Source: Candidatus Latescibacterota bacterium (GTDB taxonomy: Bacteria > Latescibacterota > UBA2968 > UBA8231). From it: a DNA stretch of 64,000 bases. The translations under genes and the position numbers were made by a program. The notes under the pieces were generated by a model, which was not told the DNA's origin, made no database searches, and worked only from the letters and a program-made list of their open reading frames with translations. The DNA is taken from the NCBI GenBank assembly GCA_965223905.1, contig CBDCXV010000001.1:608001-672000 (forward strand), given 5' to 3'. This document shows, in pieces, positions 31,375 to 39,011 of this stretch (positions are counted from its first letter, which is position 1; the number at the start of each line of letters is the position of its first letter).

Positions 31375-31416
31375 TTGCCAGCCACGCATATTTACGCATA
31401 TTGCATCAATATGCGT
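31375..31416 (+). promoter_or_regulatory. vapBC promoter/operator
   Basis: TTGCCA-16 nt-CATATT overlapped by two ACGCATAT direct repeats, with the inverted copy ATATGCGT on the antitoxin start codon. Confidence 0.55.
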
Positions 31417-31671
31417 ACCACCATCGATGTTCCCGATCACCTTCTGCGCCGCGCCAAGGCGGTTGCTTCGCTTCAGGGGAAAAGCCTGAAAGTCTTCGTG
31501 ACCGAAGCTCTCGAAGAGAGAGTGGCCAGCGCCGCCGGAGGGGGATTCGGCAGCCGCCGGGTCCAGCTCCCCCTGGTTCCCTCCAGCAATCCGGGTTCGG
31601 TCGATCTGGACCCCGAGGCCATCGCCGGCATCCTCGAGGCGGAGGAGGTCCGTGCACTTACCGGACGTTAA
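31411..31671 (+). CDS. vapB: Ribbon-helix-helix antitoxin (VapB-like)
   Basis: MRTTIDVPDHLLRRAK..A...GKSL..FVTEAL; directly upstream of and overlapping a PIN gene. Confidence 0.85.
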   Translation: MRTTIDVPDHLLRRAKAVASLQGKSLKVFVTEALEERVASAAGGGFGSRRVQLPLVPSSNPGSVDLDPEAIAGILEAEEVRALTGR

Positions 31672-32074
31672 TCTCTGGCTCGCCCTCGCTTTCGAAGCCC
31701 ATATCCACCACCCGCGGGCGTTGCGTTGGTTCGACCAGACGACACCCGACTCCTGCGCCTTCAGCCGGCAGTCCCAGTCCGGTTTCCTGCGGCTGGCTAC
31801 GAATCCCGCCGTTTTCAAAACGGAAGCAGCTTCCATTCCTCGGGCCTGGTCGATGTTCGACCAGCTTCTCTCGGACGAACGGGTCTATTTCGCCCCCGAG
31901 CCCCCGGGCCTCGAGGCGGTGTGGCGCCGCTATACCGAACCGCACCCGTACTCCCATCGCGTCTGGAGTGACGCCTGTCTGGCCGCCTTTGCCGCCGTTG
32001 CCGGTCTCACGCTTGTAACCTTCGACCAGGGCTTCGGGAAGTTTTCCGATATCGAGGTTTTTATTCCGGAGTAG
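31652..32074 (+). CDS. vapC: PIN-domain toxin (VapC-like)
   Basis: LPDVNLWLAL, GFLRLATNP, WSDACLAAFA, LVTFDQGF. Confidence 0.9.
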   Translation: MHLPDVNLWLALAFEAHIHHPRALRWFDQTTPDSCAFSRQSQSGFLRLATNPAVFKTEAASIPRAWSMFDQLLSDERVYFAPEPPGLEAVWRRYTEPHPYSHRVWSDACLAAFAAVAGLTLVTFDQGFGKFSDIEVFIPE

Positions 32075-32112
32075 GGCCCACTGCGGATGTCGGTGGGCGT
32101 TCCAAATTCATT

Positions 32113-32179
32113 CTCCGTCTGCAGCTGGTGCCGGGGGACCGGCGGCTCTTGCGGTGGCTTGTCCTCGTTCGTTAGCCCG
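32113..32179 (+). pseudogene. Relic 3' end of an S8/C-terminal-domain gene
   Basis: Reads LRLQLVPGDRRLLRWLVLVR*, like YRLKAGNQQQARRLVLVR* of copy 2; CTCGTTCGTTAGCCCG (32164-32179) matches CTCGTTCGCTAGCCCG (31282-31297). Confidence 0.6.
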
Positions 32180-32214
32180 CCGCCGACATCTCGAATGACG
32201 CGGCCAGGATCAAG

Positions 32215-34149
32215 ATGAAGCCGAACCAGGTGAGTTTCCTGACCCTGCTCATGCAGGTTTCCCTCGCCGCACCGGAAGTCTCCGTATGTCCCAGTACCGC
32301 GTCATCCCTGAACGACTGGTCTTTCCAGGCCAGGACGGGCAACGGGGAGGATGGCACCTCCGGCACTCTCCTCGAGGAACTGTCCGGGGTGACGGCCACC
32401 GGCAAGGGGGTGATTGTCGGCATCATCGATACCGGCATCGACTGGCGCCATCCCGATTTCCGTAATCCTGCCGACACCCTGCGCAGTCGTATTATTGCAA
32501 TTTGGGATTCTGAAGCTTACGTGGAGGCAGAGGATGGACAAGCACCGCTAGGGTTTGGTTATGGACGAGAGTGGCACCGGGAGGAAATCGAAGCCGCGCT
32601 CCGCGGCGAAGGACCGGGGGCGCCGCGTGATACGGAGAGTCTCTTTCGTTACGGCCACGGCACCATGGTCGCCGGGATAGCAGCCGGAAACGGAAGCCTC
32701 GACCCCCGCTTCCGAGGAATGGCTCCCGAGTCGGAGATTGTCGTCTATGCACTTGGGCCGTACAAGACGGAGGAAACAGTTAACGCATCTGTTTTGGATG
32801 GCGCTCGGTACATATTCGACTTGGCAGAGCGCAAAGGAATGCCGGCGGTGGTGAATTTTAGCGGCAGGACACACTTATGCCACCAGGAACAGGAAGAGCT
32901 GGAAAGCCTTTTGCGCGAAATGCCGGGGCGGGCGATGGTCGCCTCCGGGGGAAACAGAGGATGGGGTCTTCCCCACGCTCGTATCCCCCTCAACGCCTCT
33001 CCTTCCTATACGATGTACCAAACGAGGCGGGGGAAAGAGGAACAAGGAACTAAATTGGCGCTCGGAGGCTGTTTTCTGGGGTCGGGGGAAGCATGGGTAG
33101 GCGCAGGTTTGTCCCAGGAGGAAATGGTCTGGCGTTCACTGGACGAGGTTGCGGAAAGTGAATTCCACGAAGTAACCGACAGCCTCGGGACCGCGAAACT
33201 TTTTTGGGAGGGCAGCTATATTGAGATGGGTGTCTCGCTGCGTCTTCAAATCGAGGATACGAATCCGAATACAGTGAAATGGCGGATAGCCGCAAGAGGT
33301 AGTGGAGTATTCCACACTTGGGTCTGGCCTAGAAGACCCTTGGACGAATCGTTACTGGAACCACTGGAGGACCCTCAATTTCGTCCCCGCGACAACTACT
33401 ACACACTCTCTTCACCCTCCACGTCTCCAGAAGTCATTTCTGTCGGCGCCTTCGCCAACCGCGACCTGGACTTCTCGGATACTTACGCCGGTCTTTTTGG
33501 CGATCCGACGGTCGGCGACCTGATGCCGTTCTCATCGCGGGGGCCTTCCCTCGAGGGTCTCCTGAAGCCCGACCTCGTTGCCCCCGGGGCGCTGACTGCG
33601 GCCTGGAGCGGCGACTCCACGAAATACCGGACCGAGGCGGGCACCAGTTTCTCCTCGCCGGTCGTGGCCGGCGCCGTTGCTCTCTACTTCCAGCGCTTTC
33701 CCCAGGCCACCAACCGCGAGGTCTGGCGGGCCCTCACCGAATCGGCCACCTCCGACGATTTCACCGGGGAGACCCCCAACCTCGACTGGGGGTACGGCAA
33801 GCTCGACGTCGCCGCCTTTCTGCAGGAACCGCCCACCATGGTCGCCGCCGAGCTCTGGGAAGCTCTTCCCACAGGCTTCTCCCTGGCGCAGAACTACCCC
33901 AACCCGTTCAATGGGCGTACGACTATCACCTACGAACTGCCGAAGCCTGGGGGGGTGGAGCTGACTCTCTACGATCTGCTGGGCCAACCGGTGCGGCGCC
34001 TGGTGTCCGAATACCAGGGCGCCGGGTCTTACCGTATCGCTTGGGACGGGGCCGATGGCGAGGGGAACCAGGTCGCCAGCGGAGTATATCTGTACCGCCT
34101 GAAGGTGGGGAACCAGCAGAGGGCGCGGCGGCTTGTGTTGGTCCGCTGA
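32215..34149 (+). CDS. S8 protease with FlgD-Ig/T9SS-like C-terminal domain, copy 3
   Basis: Signal peptide; IIDTG, GHGT, ASGGN, GTSFSSP; QNYPNPFN C-terminal domain. Confidence 0.92.
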   Translation: MKPNQVSFLTLLMQVSLAAPEVSVCPSTASSLNDWSFQARTGNGEDGTSGTLLEELSGVTATGKGVIVGIIDTGIDWRHPDFRNPADTLRSRIIAIWDSEAYVEAEDGQAPLGFGYGREWHREEIEAALRGEGPGAPRDTESLFRYGHGTMVAGIAAGNGSLDPRFRGMAPESEIVVYALGPYKTEETVNASVLDGARYIFDLAERKGMPAVVNFSGRTHLCHQEQEELESLLREMPGRAMVASGGNRGWGLPHARIPLNASPSYTMYQTRRGKEEQGTKLALGGCFLGSGEAWVGAGLSQEEMVWRSLDEVAESEFHEVTDSLGTAKLFWEGSYIEMGVSLRLQIEDTNPNTVKWRIAARGSGVFHTWVWPRRPLDESLLEPLEDPQFRPRDNYYTLSSPSTSPEVISVGAFANRDLDFSDTYAGLFGDPTVGDLMPFSSRGPSLEGLLKPDLVAPGALTAAWSGDSTKYRTEAGTSFSSPVVAGAVALYFQRFPQATNREVWRALTESATSDDFTGETPNLDWGYGKLDVAAFLQEPPTMVAAELWEALPTGFSLAQNYPNPFNGRTTITYELPKPGGVELTLYDLLGQPVRRLVSEYQGAGSYRIAWDGADGEGNQVASGVYLYRLKVGNQQRARRLVLVR

Positions 34150-34191
34150 CCCTGAATCACTTTCCCGATCGAAGGAGCCGGGGCATCCGGG

Positions 34192-34731
34192 CTACTTCAC
34201 CAGCCGCGCGATCTCCCTGAACGCGGGGTTGCCGGCCTCGCGCAGGAGCTCGAACAGGGCCGTTTCCACCGACGTTACTCCGGCCCCGGCGGCCCTCATC
34301 TTCTCCAGTCCCACCCGCTTGTTGGACGGGGTCCGCGACGACACCGCATCCTCGACGACCTCGACCTCGTAGCCGCGCTCGCGCAGGTCGCGGGCGGTCT
34401 GATAGACGCAGATGTGGGTCTCTATGCCGGCGAGCAGGACCTGCTTCCTGCCGCTTTCCTCGAGCCGGCGCCCGAACTCCGGCTGCCCGCAGGCGCTGAA
34501 GCAGGTCTTGGCCAGCGGATGCCGGCCCTCGAGCAGCTCTGCGAGCTCGGGAATGGTAGGGCCCAGGCCCTCGGGGTACTGCTCGAGCCAGAGGATAGGA
34601 AGCTCCAGGGCCGCGGCTCCCTGCACGAGGATGCTCAGGTTGCGGTAGAGCTTCTCCTTTTCGTGCATGAGGGTGGCGAGCTTGCCCTGCACGTCGATGA
34701 CGGCCAGCGCGGTATCGGAAGCCTCAAGCAT
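34192..34731 (-). CDS. Isochorismatase family hydrolase (YcaC-like)
   Basis: VIDVQ, EQYPEGLGPT, KTCFSA, GIETHICVYQT, DAVSSR. Confidence 0.92.
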   Translation of the reverse strand: MLEASDTALAVIDVQGKLATLMHEKEKLYRNLSILVQGAAALELPILWLEQYPEGLGPTIPELAELLEGRHPLAKTCFSACGQPEFGRRLEESGRKQVLLAGIETHICVYQTARDLRERGYEVEVVEDAVSSRTPSNKRVGLEKMRAAGAGVTSVETALFELLREAGNPAFREIARLVK

Positions 34732-34943
34732 CGCGAGCTCCTTCTACTGCCGGTTCTTTGCTACCTGCGGTCCCATCCATAAAGAGTTGATCCATTCGGG
34801 GCACGGCGGGACGGATGCGCGGTCTTCCCGCCTGTTCGGCTCTTCCTCGGGCTCTCTATCCGGTTCGCCTTACCCGTTCGCCATCTGATGCCAGCGCCGA
34901 TTTAGCCCGGCTCCCCTCAAGGCGGGTCTGACTGAAGGCTTTT

Positions 34944-36086
34944 TCAGATGTACCCGGTCGAGCCGTCGGGGCGCGCCGGGCAGGTCCGCTGCCAGTGGAT
35001 GTACTGGTCGCCTGAGACCGCCTCCTCGTCGACCTCGACGCCGAGCCCGGGGCGGTCGCGCAGCTCGAGGTATCCGTCCTTGGCCAGGTAGGGCTCGTCG
35101 ACCCAGTCGTTCCACTCCGACCCCCGGGGATCTATGTACTCGAGGATCTTGAAGTTGGCCGAGGCCGCGGCGAAGTGGACGTTGACCGCGGTCGCCAGCG
35201 GCCCCATCGGGTTGTGCGGCGCGACGCTGACGTAGTGCGCCTCGGCGATGGCGGCGATCTTGCGCATTTCGAGGAGCCCGCCGCAGATGCAGACGTCCGG
35301 CTGGATGATGTCGGCCCCCTGGGCGGCGAGCAGGTCGAGGAACTCGAAGCGTCCGTAGAGCGATTCCCCGGTGGCCAGCGGCACCCGCATCTGGGCGCGC
35401 AGGCGGGCCCACTGGGGAATGTGCTCCGGCCGCAGCGGCTCCTCGTAGAAGAACGGGTCGTACGGGGCCAGGGCGTCGGCGAGCTGCAGGGCGCGGATCG
35501 GCTCGAAGATCTTGGCGTGCGGATCGAAGGCGAACTCGAAGCCGTCCGGGGTGTTGAGGCGCAGCTCCTCGAAGAACTTCGCCGCCTCGGAGCAGACGCG
35601 GCCCCAGCGGTCGGCGTCCGGGTCGAGGCGGTAGGGGCTGAGCTTGAAGGCGGTGAAGCCCCCCTCTTCGTGAAACCGCAGCGCCTGCTCGGCGGCTTCC
35701 TTTCCGCTGGCGCCGCCGATGCCGTGGTAGACCCGCACGCGGTCGCGCACGGCGCCGCCGAGAAGCATGTATACCGGCAGGCCCGCGGCCTTGCCGCTGA
35801 TGTCCCACAGGGCGTGGTCGAGGGCGGAGATCGCCGGGTAGCCGACGCCTCCGGGGGGAAAGCGGAACTGCTGGTGCAGCTTCATCATGATGTACTCGAT
35901 GCGCCGCGGGTCCTCTCCCTTGATCATCTCGAACAGGTAGTCGGCCACCGGCTCGACAGAGAGGTCGGGGCCGGTCGAGTACGCCTCGCCCCAGCCGTGC
36001 AGGCCCTCGTCGGTCTCGACCTTGAGCAGGGCCCGCGGGCGGTTGCCGAAGCGGGCGATGAACGTCCTGATGGCAGTGATCTTCAC
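34944..36086 (-). CDS. Mandelate racemase/enolase superfamily dehydratase (galactonate dehydratase-like)
   Basis: LKVETDEGLHGWGE, ALWDISGK, FYEEP, LATGE, IIQPD, APHNP. Confidence 0.88.
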   Translation of the reverse strand: MKITAIRTFIARFGNRPRALLKVETDEGLHGWGEAYSTGPDLSVEPVADYLFEMIKGEDPRRIEYIMMKLHQQFRFPPGGVGYPAISALDHALWDISGKAAGLPVYMLLGGAVRDRVRVYHGIGGASGKEAAEQALRFHEEGGFTAFKLSPYRLDPDADRWGRVCSEAAKFFEELRLNTPDGFEFAFDPHAKIFEPIRALQLADALAPYDPFFYEEPLRPEHIPQWARLRAQMRVPLATGESLYGRFEFLDLLAAQGADIIQPDVCICGGLLEMRKIAAIAEAHYVSVAPHNPMGPLATAVNVHFAAASANFKILEYIDPRGSEWNDWVDEPYLAKDGYLELRDRPGLGVEVDEEAVSGDQYIHWQRTCPARPDGSTGYI

Positions 36087-36100
36087 CTTCTCTGCTCCCT

Positions 36101-37468
36101 TCAGAAAAACACCGGGTATGGTCCGCCCCCGGCTTCGCGCCGGATCAGCAGCGCTATCTCGAGGAGGTGGTAGTCCCCCCACATCGAGGACTCGCCGCAG
36201 GGGATGAGCCGGCCCGGAGGGACGTGGTCCCAGCCGTTGGGCCGGTGGTAGATCGAGTGCAGCAGCAGCCCCTGGTGGGACGGCTCCGCAGACAGGTACG
36301 GTTCCGACAGCAGGGCCGCGGCGATGGTGAAGGCGCCGCCGCGGTAGCGGCCGCCGCGCCCCTGGTCTCCACGCGACAGGAAGTAGTTCCCCAGGCGCAG
36401 GTACCCCTGCGCGCAGATCGCCGCCGCGGAGCTGTCGAGCGGCTCGACGTCGTTGTGGGGATCCGAGGGCTGTTCGGCGATGTCGCCGAATCCCGCCACT
36501 CCCGGGGCGCCGGTATCCCAGAAGGGAACGCCGTCGGCGAAGCTGTTGCGGACGTGGAACTCCGCGGTCGCCAGGGCCGCCCGCTCGATGGCGGCCACCA
36601 CCTCCCGGCCGCCGAAGGGCTTGAGGGCGGAGGCCGGCAGCGTCTCGAAGAACTCGAGGAGCTCGGCGCAGCCGCACAGGATCCAGGCCAGGCCGCGGGT
36701 CCAGGTGGAGAACGGGGAATACCCCTGCTGCGTGCTCGGACAGCGGTAGTTGCCGTCCCGGGTGTTGAAGATCGACTCGTGGGCGACGCGGCCGTCGACG
36801 TCGAAGGCGTCGCGCCCCTCGCCGTAGTAGACGTTGAACTCGCAGGTGGTGAGGGCGTGGTCGACGGCGCGCCCGAGAAGGCCGATGCGCCGGTCCCCCT
36901 CGCCCATCAGCACGTGGCCGAGGCGGTCGGCGAGGCAGAGGATGCGCAGCGAGCGCATGGTGTCGGAGAACAGCGAGTGCGGCCCGTTGAAGGAGTGGAT
37001 GAACCCCCTGCCGCCGGCCGTCTCCGTCCAGCGCGCCGCCTGCACCGCCCCGGACAGCTTGACGGCGAGCTCGTAGAGCGACAGCTCGGCCCGGTCCATC
37101 GCCAGGCGCCCCTCCAGCATCAGGCGCCGCAGGTTGCCGTAGGTCGACAGGTTGTTGAAGCCGTGGTCGTGGACGCCGACGTGGGAGACGTGCGGCGCCA
37201 TCCTGGCGATGGTGGCGTCGCGGCCGATGTCGAGAAACTCCTCCTCGCCTGTCATGTCGTACTGGAGGATGGCGCATCCGTACTGGAATCCCTGGGTCCA
37301 CTCGGTCCAGCCGCGCGTCGTGTAGCCGCCCTCCTGGGTGAAGACCGGGGTGCCGCGGCCGGCGTCCCAGGTGCGGTCGAGGTCGCGGATCTTGCCGGCC
37401 GACAGATTGAGCAGCCGGTCGGTGGCCGGCAGCAGGGCGGCGGGGGTCCGGGTGTGGTCGATTTTCAT
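36101..37468 (-). CDS. Glycoside hydrolase family 88-like (unsaturated glucuronyl hydrolase)
   Basis: WTEWTQGF, HDHGF, QQGYSPFSTWTRGLAW, PFWD, DSSAAAI, WGDYH. Confidence 0.85.
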   Translation of the reverse strand: MKIDHTRTPAALLPATDRLLNLSAGKIRDLDRTWDAGRGTPVFTQEGGYTTRGWTEWTQGFQYGCAILQYDMTGEEEFLDIGRDATIARMAPHVSHVGVHDHGFNNLSTYGNLRRLMLEGRLAMDRAELSLYELAVKLSGAVQAARWTETAGGRGFIHSFNGPHSLFSDTMRSLRILCLADRLGHVLMGEGDRRIGLLGRAVDHALTTCEFNVYYGEGRDAFDVDGRVAHESIFNTRDGNYRCPSTQQGYSPFSTWTRGLAWILCGCAELLEFFETLPASALKPFGGREVVAAIERAALATAEFHVRNSFADGVPFWDTGAPGVAGFGDIAEQPSDPHNDVEPLDSSAAAICAQGYLRLGNYFLSRGDQGRGGRYRGGAFTIAAALLSEPYLSAEPSHQGLLLHSIYHRPNGWDHVPPGRLIPCGESSMWGDYHLLEIALLIRREAGGGPYPVFF

Positions 37469-37586
37469 TTGTTCAGGGGAATCGTTCGAGAAAGGAACGG
37501 ACAATGGTAGGTACAGCCCGCTTGAAAAGTCCACTCCGATCCGGGATCCAGGCAGGCAGCCAACCGGGAGCGGTGGCGGCGTGCGT

Positions 37587-38906
37587 TCACCCTTCCTGCG
37601 GTGGGCGCAGAATGCGTTTCAGCTCGGCCCTCATGTGCCGCTGAACCGTTCTGACGAACCTTTCGGTGCTGACTCCCTGGCGCCGGGTTTCCAGGCCGAA
37701 GGGTCCGAAACCGAACAGGACTTTGTCGGCTGCGTGCTGCTCCGGGTCGTCGAAATAGCGAGGCGTGGTTCCGCGCAGGGCAGCGGGCTGATCTTCTCCT
37801 TCCGTGCGGTACACGATCGGATTGGCCAGAATCGCAAGTGGGCGATCGCCGGCCAGCGTCGTCGGATTCCGGGGCATCGGTTCGTCCCCCATCTGTACGA
37901 GCTCCTTCGATTCCGGCGCCCAGGACGCAATCCGGTAGGTTTGCCCGGGAGTGACCCATTCCTCGATGAATTCCCGGGCCGCGGCAAATTCGTGCCATTT
38001 CTTCAAAGCCAGCAGGTAGCTCTCCGGGAATCCCGTTTCCTCCCGGGATTCGTCGGCTCTGCCTCGGCGGCGAAGATCGTTGAAGACCACGAACCAGTGG
38101 CCGAATCCCCGCAACCCCCTGGAGAGGGGAATCACGTCATCCCGGGCCGGCGCGTGGCAGCCGTCGACGACCACTACGTGCGGCATTTCACGACTGAGTC
38201 TGGCGACCGTTGTTTTCGGAAACGGAGAGGGGACGCTCATGCGCGTCGATGTCCCGGAGCGCACGCGGTGATACTCTATGGAGAACCGGTCCTCGAGATA
38301 TTCCTCGAGCGGTTCGACAAACCACTGGCGGCCGAAGCGATCGTTGCCGATCACCAGTATTTCGCGGGAGGTCCGAGCCCTGAAATCCTGCAGAAAGTCC
38401 AGGAAACCGGCGGCCTCGAAGGCAGCGCGCCTGACTTCCGCCCGCTGGCGTTCGTCCAGACGACATTCTTCCTCCACCTGATCCGAAAGCTCTTCGAGCT
38501 CGTTGAAGATCCGATAGATCTCCATGGTGGAGAGCGGGGCGGGACAGCGGCCCCGCAGCTCGTAGGTGAGGGGCTCGAGGACCCGGGTGTACTCGTATTC
38601 GAAGCGCCGGAATTCGAGGTCTCTTTGCAGGGTATCGCTCAGCTGGAAACGGCCGTTGCGGGTCTCGTCGCGCAGGTGGCTCAAGTGATCGAGCAGGGGT
38701 TCGAAACCGGATTTCCGGGAGAGGTACCGAGTCAGTGCCGGGGTGAGAACGGTGCCGTCGTGATTGGTTTTGTGGTATCGACCGATCCACTCTTCCAGTG
38801 TGTCGAAGCGACGGGCAACCTCATCCCGCGGGTAGTGGGCGCAGAGCTGCTCGACGTGTACGGTGGCAAGTTCGTCATCCACGTATCGGGTGAGATTTCC
38901 CTGCAT
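37587..38906 (-). CDS. Hypothetical protein (439 aa)
   Basis: Long ORF with protein-like composition, same strand as neighbours; no family recognised. Confidence 0.75.
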   Translation of the reverse strand: MQGNLTRYVDDELATVHVEQLCAHYPRDEVARRFDTLEEWIGRYHKTNHDGTVLTPALTRYLSRKSGFEPLLDHLSHLRDETRNGRFQLSDTLQRDLEFRRFEYEYTRVLEPLTYELRGRCPAPLSTMEIYRIFNELEELSDQVEEECRLDERQRAEVRRAAFEAAGFLDFLQDFRARTSREILVIGNDRFGRQWFVEPLEEYLEDRFSIEYHRVRSGTSTRMSVPSPFPKTTVARLSREMPHVVVVDGCHAPARDDVIPLSRGLRGFGHWFVVFNDLRRRGRADESREETGFPESYLLALKKWHEFAAAREFIEEWVTPGQTYRIASWAPESKELVQMGDEPMPRNPTTLAGDRPLAILANPIVYRTEGEDQPAALRGTTPRYFDDPEQHAADKVLFGFGPFGLETRRQGVSTERFVRTVQRHMRAELKRILRPPQEG

Positions 38907-39011
38907 CTGTGCTACTTGGCAGGAAGGATCAGGAAGAGGGTCCGCGCTGGAAAAGCCGCTTCAGGTGCATCGGTCCCGGTATTCGACATGCAGCCCGGTG
39001 TGGCGCGCAGA

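Noticed and set aside
27376-34149. Diversity-generating retroelement or integron behind the paralogue variation
   Set aside because: No reverse transcriptase, template/variable repeat pair, integrase or attC-like sites.
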